Made by a program: the position numbers and the translations under genes. DNA of 36,388 nt from Eledone cirrhosa. Its lineage: Eukaryota. Positions 18,001 through 25,704 of this stretch are shown here, one piece after another. Location: contig CAXHJY010000581.1 of the NCBI GenBank assembly GCA_964016885.1, positions 1-36,388 on the forward strand, given 5' to 3'. The first letter of the stretch is position 1. Each line of letters opens with the position of its first letter. The notes beneath the pieces were generated by a model. The model saw only the letters and a program-made list of their open reading frames with translations. It was not told where the DNA came from and did not search any database.

Positions 18001-18570
18001 CACTACACCCTATATATATAACTTCTGTTACCACTACACCCTATATATATAACTTCTGTCATCACTACACCCTATATAACTTCTGTCACCACTACACCCT
18101 ATATATATAACTTCTGTCACTACTACACCCTATATATATAACTTCTGTCACCACTACACCCTATATAACATCTGTCACCACTACACCCTATATATATAAG
18201 TTCTGTCACCACTACACCCTATATAACTTCTGTCACCACTACACCCTATATATATAAGTTCTGTCACCACTACACCCTATATAACATCTGTCACCACTAC
18301 ACCCTATATATATAAGTTCTGTCACCACTACACCCTATATAACTTCTGTCACCACTACACCCTATATATATAAGTTCTGTCACCACTACACCCTATATAA
18401 CTTCTGTCACCACTACACCCTATATATATAAGTTCTGTCACCACTACACCCTATATATATAACTTCTGTCACCACTACACCCTATATATATAACTTCTGT
18501 CACCACTACACCCTATATATATAACTTCTGTCACCACTACACCCTATATATATAACTTCTGTCACAACAC
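1..18570. repeat. Large minisatellite, unit TTCTGTCACCACTACACCC(TA)3AC (27 bp) or (TA)5 (31 bp); roughly 640 copies; continues beyond the left edge
   Basis: Directly visible tandem array; 9-aa periodic ORFs (IGCSGDRSY) confirm the 27-bp period; ends at ...GTCACAACAC before a TA run. Confidence 0.99.
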
Positions 18571-18578
18571 TATATATA

Positions 18579-18741
18579 TCATCATCACCATCATCATCAT
18601 CACCGTTTTACGTCCGTTCTTCCACGCTAGCATGGGTTAGACGGGTTGTCCTGTTGTGGGCAGTGTCTGGTCGCAACAGGACAACCCGTCTAACCCATGC
18701 TAGCGTGGAAGAACGGACGTAAAACGGTGATGATGATGATG

Positions 18742-18746
<5 letters not shown>
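18579..18746. repeat. Fold-back palindrome made of the 3' end of an RTE-related SINE (73-bp perfect arms, 17-nt loop, (CAT)n/(GAT)n tails outward)
   Basis: 18584-18656 is the exact reverse complement of 18674-18746; sequence matches the SINE tail at about 23045-23130 and resembles the LINE 3' end at 19140-19200. Confidence 0.93.
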
Positions 18747-18780
<34 letters not shown>

Positions 18781-18849
18781 AAAAAGAGATGAAATCGAAA
18801 ATGCAACTGGAGCCTTATTTTTTTTTAAAATATATATATTTATTTGGTT

Positions 18850-18887
18850 CCTTTACCGGTTTCGCAGTTCTTCTGCTTTTCAAAAGG
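18850..18887 (-). ncRNA. Minimal type I hammerhead ribozyme motif (U3-A8 core variant)
   Basis: Minus strand reads CCUU-UUGAAAA-GCAG(aagaa)CUGC-GAAA-CCGG-UA^-AAGG: stem I CCUU/AAGG, core UUGANAA, 4-bp stem II, GAAA, palindromic stem III, GUA cleavage triplet. Confidence 0.7.
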
Positions 18888-18964
18888 TGAGTTGAGATGG
18901 AGGGTCTGTGGTTTTTGTCACATCTCAGATGTGAGAAAAACCACAGACCCTCCATCTCAACTCA

Positions 18965-19002
18965 CCTTTTGAAAAGCAGAAGAACTGCGACACCGGTAAA
19001 GG
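18965..19002 (+). ncRNA. Mirror copy of the hammerhead motif with core mutation GAAA>GACA (18991), predicted inactive
   Basis: CCTT-TTGAAAA-GCAG-aagaa-CTGC-GACA-CCGG-TA-AAGG on the + strand. Confidence 0.62.
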
Positions 19003-19139
19003 AACCAAATAAATATATATATTTTTTTTAAAAATAAGGCTCCAGTTGCATTTTCGATTTCATCTCTTTTTCTTTATACTTTCACTCGTGTAGGACACCT
19101 CGGTTATTTTTCATTTTGTAAAAAATACCTCACTTTCTA

Positions 19140-20981
19140 ATCATCATCATCATCATTTTACGTCCGCTTTTCCCTACTTGCAAGGGTGGGACGGGTCTTA
19201 TTCAGCACAGCATCTTTCCACTCGTCACGGTCCCTCGTCATCTCCACCGTGAGCTTCAATGATCTGAGGTCTGTTCTCACCACCTCCGCCCATGTTTTTC
19301 GTGGTCTACCTCTACCACGTCTTCCTTCAACTGGCATTTCCTGGCACTTCTTCACCCATCGGTCATCCTCCATGCGCATCACATGTCCAAACCACCTCAG
19401 TCTCCTCTCCCGTACACTACATTCTATCCCTCTCAGACACAGTTTCTCTCTCAACACATTTATGCTGGGTCGTTCACGCACATTTACACTGCACATCCAA
19501 CGGAGCATGCTTGCCTCATTTCTCTCCAGCCGTTGCATATCCTCTGCGGTTGCTGCCCATGTCTCACTACCATGCAGCATCGCGCTCCTCACACAGGCAT
19601 CATACAACCGGCCTTTCGTACGCAGGGAGAAACCCTTCTTCGTCAACAGAGGAAGCAGCTCCCTAAACTTCTTCCAACCCGTCCTTATTCTAGATACTAT
19701 GGCCTCGGAACACCCTCCTCCCATGCTAATCTGATCTCCTAGGTACCGGAAGCTATCCACCACTTCTATAGCGCCCTCTCGCATTTGAAAAATGTGTCTA
19801 TCAGTGCGACTTCTACTGTCTAATTTCCCTGTACATCTACTGCATACATATTTCTCCCTACCTGTTAGTTTGCCTGCTATCCCGCTACATCTCTTGTGTA
19901 CCCAGGACCTGCATTGTGTGCATTTTATAGAATTTATGCCAGTTCCTTTTCTGCATATCGAACATGGCCATTTCCCTGACGGAATCAGGGTTTTGTCCTC
20001 TTTTCTACTCATCAACACTTTTGTCTTAGCTAGATTTACTCTGTCCTCTTGCTTCCAACTGCTGTTTCCATAGCCGGAATTTATTCTCTAGCTCCTCTAC
20101 TGATTCTGCTATAAGAGCCAGATCGTCAGCATAGAGAAGTTCCCATGGACAGCCAGTCTTAAACTCCTCTGTTATGGCTTGGAGGACTATAATGAACAAG
20201 AGCGGGCTGAGGACCGAACCCTGATGTACTCCTACTTGTATCTGGAATTCCTCACTAAACTCCATTCCTACCCTGACTTTACTGAGAGTACCTCTGTACA
20301 AAGTTTGCACTGTCCTCACAAGCCATTCCTCAACACCTAGCTTCCTTAGGGACCACCAGATGACAGATCGGGGTACCCTATCAAAGGCCTTCTCTAGGTC
20401 AACAAAGGCTAAGTATAGTGGCTTATTCTTCTCTAAGAACCTCTCTTGCATTTGTCTCACCAAGAAGAGGGCATCTGTTGTACTCTTCCCAGGCACAAAA
20501 CCAAACTGCATCTCATCTAGTTTGACCCTTTCTCTAATTAGTTGTGCTAAAATCCTTTCTGCCACTTTCATAACCTGATCTATCAGTTTTATACCCCTAT
20601 AATTGCTCCTCTCCAAAGCATCCCCTTTACCTTTGTAGCAATTTATGAGAATACTGCTGCACCAGTCTTTGGGTATGACACCACCATATATAGCCTGATT
20701 GATTATGCGTGCAACCAGTTTAGTGCCTACGTCCCCTGATGCCTTCAGCATCTCAGCAACTATTCCCGATGGTCCGGCCGCCTTACCATTTTTCATTTCC
20801 CTAATCGCCTCTTGGACCCTATATTCGTCAATCTCAATAGCTGGTCCCTCTGTCGGATCTACCAAGGGTAATTTCTCTCTCTCCCATTCGTTCTCCACAT
20901 TCATCAGTCTCTCATACTGACATTTCCAGGCCTCCTTTTTCTGGTCATTCGTGACACTAAGTACACCGGCATTATTATATA
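19140..20981 (-). mobile_element. 5'-truncated RTE-clade non-LTR retrotransposon (RT domain, PHD finger, C-terminal region; endonuclease missing)
   Basis: RT motifs YRGIKL, QFGF, FVDLEKAFDRV, GVHQGSVLSPLLF, YADD, FRYLG; RTE-type C-terminus RRLRWFGHVMRM...GRRGRGRPRKTW; (ATG)n tail at 19140-19156; candidate target-site duplication TTTCTAAT at 19134-19141 and 20982-20989. Confidence 0.95.
19158..20973 (-). pseudogene. LINE ORF2 reverse transcriptase remnant, about 600 codons with one frameshift near 20043
   Basis: ORFs 20026..20904 and 19158..20018 join as ...LEARG-[frameshift]-RVNLAKTKVLMS...; frame stays open upstream to about 20973 (NAGVLSVTNDQKKEAWKCQYERLMNVE). Confidence 0.9.

Positions 20982-20987
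<6 letters not shown>

Positions 20988-21054
<67 letters not shown>
20988..21054. repeat. (TA)n microsatellite
   Basis: Direct observation. Confidence 0.98.
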
Positions 21055-21057
<3 letters not shown>

Positions 21058-21228
21058 TGCTTCTTTGCAGCAAGCTTTCCTCTAAATATACAAAGATTTT
21101 GGTCTGTAAAAACCAATAAATAATAAACTTCCCAACATTGAATTAGTCTGTGTGCTGTGAGAAGAAATGAACTTTAATGCCTCAAGTCATTAAGAACACT
21201 ATCTGAAATATTAAAATTCATTTCTACT

Positions 21229-21431
21229 CTAACCCTTTAATGTTCAAACCGGCCAGAATTCTCTACCTCTTACTGTTGAAACTGGCTGTATGATGTTAAG
21301 GTATTGTTCTCAAAATAAATACTTTAAACATCTCATAGATTCAATATGATGTGAGATAATTATGTGAGTTAAAGCATTTACCATGAAAATACAATAGTAA
21401 ATATAGAGTAATGTAAATGCTAAAGGGTTAA
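21229..21431. mobile_element. MITE with piggyBac-like termini (TTAA-CCC...GGG-TTAA)
   Basis: Left cTAACCCTTTAatgtt, right aatgcTAAAGGGTTAA; about 200 bp, non-coding; related copy at 27352-27530. Confidence 0.7.
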
Positions 21432-21956
21432 ACATGTTTGAATGTTGTGAACTGTCTCTTAAACCTCTGCACTTTTATATTTGAAAACCATTCCCTGATA
21501 CAACCATTAATTTCCTTATCTTTTCCTACACTATTTTTATTGTATTCTTTTACTGAGCAAACTTATTCTATTTTCTTGTGGAAATACTAGTCGCCAACTT
21601 GTGTCTACCTGCTGTTAGTAAATTACATATCCATAAATATATTATCTCTTTCTATTACATATGGTAGCAGTGAGCTACATTTTCCTCCAATAATAATTAT
21701 TTAAATGGTTTAGAATCGTGTAGACCAGAAAAACATATATATTAAAATCTATATATTAACCCTGTTGAAAATGTTAGCAGTAAACTTGTGTGTAAACCAT
21801 TGGTATTGGTCAGTTAGTTATCTGGAGTTACTGCCCTTTAAGACAAGGCAGACGACCACATCTTGCTCATGTATTCCATTGTGTGTGTATATGCGTACAT
21901 ACCCATGTATATGTTTTTTGATAAATTATTGCTGCTATTAAGTATATGGAAAGTAG

Positions 21957-22108
21957 ATGTATGTATGTATGTATGTATGTATGTATGTGCGCGCGTGTGT
22001 GTGTGTGTGTGTGTGTGTGTAAAGGCAAACAGAAATAACAAGCAAACGACACAGTACAATGAAAAATATATTAGTTTTACACTTGATATAGTCAGAAAAT
22101 AGAATGAG

Positions 22109-22167
<59 letters not shown>
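21957..22167. repeat. Compound microsatellites (ATGT)n, (GT)n and (TA)n
   Basis: Direct observation at about 21957-22020 and 22113-22167. Confidence 0.95.
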
Positions 22168-22170
<3 letters not shown>

Positions 22171-22432
22171 TAGATTGTTATAATGATTTAAATCCGAAAA
22201 TAGAAATAGAATAATATTAATTCTTCTGGTTTTAGATAACATTGAAATACGATTTCAACTCAGACATCTTAATAATATTATGTCCTGGGCATTTTTATGT
22301 CTTTTACTTTTTGAGTTTTGGTTTGTTTTAATCATTTTCTGTGATGTAATTGAATAAATTTTATAGTTTTCTAACGAAAACGATGATAGATGTTGTTTCA
22401 TCTGAGTCTTGATTTGTTTACTTAACTTGAAG

Positions 22433-22552
22433 GAAGATCCACGGAAAACACGTTCCAATTCCTTAAGATCGGCTGCTACCCCAGACGCTCCTAAACCTTT
22501 TGTACGATCATCATCTAATGAAGATCTTTTAAATAATCTCGGACCTCTGCCG
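22433..22552 (+). CDS. NEDD4: NEDD4-like E3 ligase exon A (end of penultimate WW domain plus linker): EDPRKTRSNSLRSAATPDAPKPFVRSSSNEDLLNNLGPLP
   Basis: AAG|GAA acceptor, CCG|GTAAGT donor, 120 nt, phase 0-0; EDPR...LGPLP flanks match the NEDD4 WW3-WW4 linker. Confidence 0.88.
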
Positions 22553-22558
22553 GTAAGT

Positions 22559-22643
22559 TACCACCTTGAAATATATCTGTTATTGATAGCACCTTGAGAT
22601 ATATCTGTTATTGATACCACCTTGAGATATATCTGTTATTGAT
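22559..22643. repeat. Three tandem copies of a 28-bp unit (TACCACCTTGAGATATATCTGTTATTGA)
   Basis: CACCTTG at 22562, 22590 and 22618; begins immediately after the GTAAGT donor. Confidence 0.93.
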
Positions 22644-22774
22644 TGATTTTGTCTGAGGCAGACAATAAAAGGCAGTAACTAGTGGTATGAATAGAACAAG
22701 CCGCTAGAAATGGCAGCTTATACCCATTCAATTTATAGTTCTCAACAGCACCTCTCAAAGATCATGACACAAGA

Positions 22775-23130
22775 CCATGACCTCTGGCGTCACACAGTAA
22801 TACAGAAGACCCGACTTCCCACGGGTACAAGCTGAAGCTGAAGCATATAGACAATATGCGCCCATCCCCTCCCACTGCAAAGTGGTCGTGGAAGTGTCAC
22901 ACCAAAAAAGCACTGTAAAATGGTCGTATAGGCGTCACGGAAAAAAAAGTACCCGGCAAATGTAAATGAGGTTGGTGTTAGGAAGGGCATCCAGCTGTAG
23001 AAATCAAGCCAGAATCAGTTCCCGTATGAGCAAGACAAGGTCAGCCGACCTGGCATTGCCCATAACAGGACAACCCGTGTGACCCATGCTAGCGTGGAAG
23101 AATGGACGTAAAATGGTGATGATGATGATG
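22775..23130 (+). mobile_element. RTE-tailed SINE-like element (GGAAGGGCATCCAGCTGTAGAAA core, stem-loop 3' end, (GAT)n tail); 5' boundary uncertain
   Basis: 3' end ACCCATGCTAGCGTGGAAGAATGGACGTAAAA-(GAT)n resembles the LINE 3' end; other copies lie in this window. Confidence 0.75.
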
Positions 23131-23169
23131 AATTGTTGTTTATTTGAAATAAATCTTTTCTATTTCTAG

Positions 23170-23224
23170 CCTGGCTGGGAAGAACGTATCCACACAGATG
23201 GCAGAGTATTTTATATAGATCACA
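23170..23224 (+). CDS. NEDD4: NEDD4-like exon B (last WW domain, first half): PGWEERIHTDGRVFYIDH
   Basis: TTTCTAG| acceptor, A|GTAAGT donor, 55 nt, phase 0-1; WW signature. Confidence 0.96.
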
Positions 23225-23252
23225 GTAAGTGCTTTTAAAATATTTTAGATGT

Positions 23253-23360
23253 CCATCACTAAACTACTTGTGTATAATCTCAGTATGTTTAATTTACCAC
23301 TAAACTATTTGTGTATAATATGAGTGTTTGGTCTACCACTAAACTATTTGTGTATAATCT
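23253..23360. repeat. Three degenerate tandem copies of an about 40-bp unit (CACTAAACTAYTTGTGTATAAT...)
   Basis: CACTAAACTA at 23257, 23298 and 23337. Confidence 0.88.
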
Positions 23361-23527
23361 AAGAAATATGTGACAAAAATTTAATTACAAAAGGGTCAGT
23401 TGGATAATATTTGAGGTAAATATTATTCCAATTTTCACCAACACCAGCATCTCTGTAAAAATGACACCAAAATATCTGGTGTGATATATATGGTTACTTC
23501 CAGTAATTTCCATGAAAAAAAGGGACA

Positions 23528-23717
23528 GCCATTTTCCACACTAGCATAGGTAGGACGGACTGTTCCTTTAGGAGAGATCAGGTCAAAGGACCATGTTTCG
23601 GTGACACACGGCTGATTTTGGCTTGGTTTCTACAGCTGGATGCCATTCTTAATGCCAACTACATTTACAGTGTGGACTGGGCTCTTTTTGTTGTGACTCC
23701 TACATGACCACTTTACC
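23528..23717 (-). mobile_element. Diverged minus-strand copy of the RTE-tailed SINE family
   Basis: Reverse complement reads ...TGTAAATGTAGTTGGCATTAAGAATGGCATCCAGCTGTAGAAACCAAGCCAAAATCAG...CCTATGCTAGTGTGGAAAATGG, aligning to 22915-23110. Confidence 0.75.
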
Positions 23718-23778
23718 GCATGGGCTGGGCCATATATATATATAGAGAGAGAAAGAGGATTTGCTTTGAAATCACCAG

Positions 23779-23871
23779 ACGTATCTGAGGAACTTGCGAA
23801 TCCAGACTCGGGTTCGATCCACAAACAGATCGAATCTCGAGCTGTTCGCCGGAGAAACAATTGTAATACGT
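23779..23871 (+). ncRNA. Type I hammerhead-like motif with long stem II, within a probable Penelope-like remnant (about 23755-23912)
   Basis: ACGTAT-CTGAGGA-[62-nt imperfect hairpin]-GAAA-CAATTG-TA^-ATACGT, then AATAAA; 6-bp stem I, palindromic stem III; base of stem II mismatched. Confidence 0.62.
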
Positions 23872-23912
23872 AATAAATTGTGTTCCTATGCATCACTGAT
23901 TCTTCGTTTTCC

Positions 23913-24104
23913 ATATATATATATATATATGTGGGTATATATGTATGTGGGTATATATGTATGTGGGTATATACGTATGTGGGTATATACGTATGTGGGT
24001 ATATATGTATGTGGGTATATATGTATGTGGGTATATATGTATGTGGGTATATATATATGTGGGTATATATATATGTGGGTATATATGTATGTGGGTATAT
24101 ATAT
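23913..24104. repeat. 18-bp minisatellite (ATATATGTATGTGGGTAT), about 10 copies, contiguous with (TA)n
   Basis: Direct observation; 6-aa periodic ORFs. Confidence 0.96.
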
Positions 24105-24250
24105 CTTGTCCATTGAAACACTGTTATGATAAATATAAAAACTTTTATAAATATACTGAAACACTGACACACACATTTATATTCATGCATAGACACAAAC
24201 ATATACTTATGACCACATAAATGTAAACAGACTATATCTATAATTATAAA

Positions 24251-24336
24251 GAACGAGGAATCAGTGTTGTATCATATCAGACTTATTAACATATTACATA
24301 TGTTTCTCCGCCGATCAGCTTGAGGCAAGATCTGTT
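24251..24336 (-). mobile_element. Inverted, truncated, diverged copy of the hammerhead-bearing element at 23824-23910
   Basis: Reverse complement AACAGATCttgcCTCaAGCTGaTCGgCGGAGAAACAtaTGTAATAtGT...CACTGATTCcTCGTT aligns to 23824-23909; lacks the CTGANGA half. Confidence 0.7.
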
Positions 24337-25059
24337 ACAGATATATAGGTATATGAGATATCGTTTTCGGTTTCTCTAGTTTGGAGTGAGTTGTCTATAT
24401 AGAGTCCTACTGTATTGCTTATCTGTATAAATCTTTATCTATCTATATATATACACTTATGCATTTTATTTGATTAAATAGAAAAAACTTGTAGATGGTG
24501 CTATTGCTGTTTGCTAAAAGGAGTAAACAAAAATTTTATAAACTTGTTGACATTTTATAAAACTTTATAAAAAATCATTGTTTAATGAAGATACTCCAAA
24601 CAACACTTTAAAATAATTTAGATATCAAAATATTTTCCATTCACTGGAATTTACAAAACTGTGCCATCTAAACATAATGTGTTGATTAGCTGCCTTTTTA
24701 TATATTTCTGAAAACACTGTGTAACTCCAGATAAAATTGTGTGAAATAATTCTCAGAACTTCTGCCTATTCTAATATTTAGCTAAACTGTTGTATAGAAA
24801 AACTCTATTGCCTACTGACATATGAACTTATGACCAATTAAGTCTTTTAGTAGAATAAGCTTCTAATAAATATTTTTTGGTTTTTACTGAATAAATATCT
24901 TTATTTCCATTATTATTTTAGTTTAATAATATTTTTGTTTTATTTTTCCAAGAGTTTCACATAAGGATAGGATCAGAATAACATAGGAGATATATTGAGA
25001 GTCATTTTTCTTTCTTAGACTTTATTATTCTGAATTATTTCATGTTTCTGTGTCTTCAG

Positions 25060-25112
25060 ATACTAGAACGACTATGTGGGAAGATCCCCGACTACAGAAG
25101 CTTGGAGGTCCA
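25060..25112 (+). CDS. NEDD4: NEDD4-like exon C (last WW domain, second half): (N)TRTTMWEDPRLQKLGGP
   Basis: TTCAG| acceptor, CCA|GTAAGT donor, 53 nt, phase 1-0; completes the WW motif TxWEDPR. Confidence 0.96.
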
Positions 25113-25579
25113 GTAAGTATATTTATTTCATAATTAGGCAACAAGTCTTAGACAAGTGAAATAATTTTCTCTATCACCAACACAATACAATGTTGATAAT
25201 GTAAGAAATGGTTACAATTATAATTTAGTAAATCACGGCATTATCTTCTGTATAGTCAAGTAATTAAATTTATTTCTGAGAAGACTCTTCAGTTGTGTCA
25301 AAGACATGACAACCTCTCCTGTGCACTTTAAAGAATGAGATGAGACTGTATGTAAGTGACATGCAGATCCCTGGTCTATATGGAAGATCAGTAGATCCAC
25401 TTCAGTACTGACTTGGTCTTTGTAAACCCTTCTAACCCTTGCTATCAGGGAAAGCTGATTCTAAAATGATGTTGATGTGACTAAAGGAAGCTTCTTATTT
25501 AACAATTACTCTGACTAAACACAAACATTTTAGGAATTATTCTTGTGAAATGGATTTAATTTCTTCTCTTTCTTTGTAG

Positions 25580-25645
25580 GCGGTTCCATATTCTCGAGAT
25601 TATAAAAGAAAATATGATTACTTCCGATCCAAACTTCGCAAACCT
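25580..25645 (+). CDS. NEDD4: NEDD4-like exon D: AVPYSRDYKRKYDYFRSKLRKP
   Basis: Polypyrimidine tract plus TAG|, CCT|GTAAGT donor, 66 nt, phase 0-0; NEDD4-type pre-HECT helix. Confidence 0.97.
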
Positions 25646-25704
25646 GTAAGTTATAATTCTGGAAAATATTTTCATAGTGATTTCATTTCCTCTCATAATC
25701 AACA

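Larger units (their letters stand above)
18774..19140. mobile_element. Penelope-like (pLTR-type) non-autonomous element: 305-bp palindrome (18774-19078, centre 18926) plus a unique 3' extension
   Basis: 152-bp arms around a 1-nt spacer with 6 mismatches by eye; each arm has a minimal hammerhead motif followed by AATAAA; sits in (TA)n. Penelope assignment is inferred from this architecture. Confidence 0.7.

Noticed and set aside
1-18570. CRISPR array, or repeat-protein ORFs (IGCSGDRSY / ITSVTTTPY)
   Set aside because: No unique spacers, no cas genes, and a eukaryotic context. ORFs arise only where several 27-bp units are adjacent and are broken by 31-bp units.
1-18570. G-quadruplex or telomeric array on the minus strand
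   Set aside because: Only one GGG run per 27-31 bp unit with long loops; no tandem TTAGGG.
18555-18575. Large satellite derived from a WW exon (TTC TGT CAC AAC ACT resembling F-I-D-H-N-T codons) or related to the 28-bp repeat at 22559
   Set aside because: Similarity is too short to distinguish from chance, and the upstream exon is outside the window.
19186-20920. Plus-strand ORFs overlapping the LINE
   Set aside because: Antisense shadows of the RT ORF with no recognisable motifs.
19158-20973. Bacterial retron, group II intron or DGR reverse transcriptase
   Set aside because: Motifs, C-terminal region, simple-repeat tail and 5' truncation identify a eukaryotic RTE non-LTR element.
21061-21125. 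Possible extra exon after TTCTTTGCAG
   Set aside because: No WW-like or otherwise recognisable peptide, and no good donor. An alternative exon cannot be fully excluded without RNA data.
21838-24220. ORFs rich in YI/HT/VC dipeptides
   Set aside because: Translations of (TA)n, (GT)n, (ATGT)n and the 18-bp repeat.
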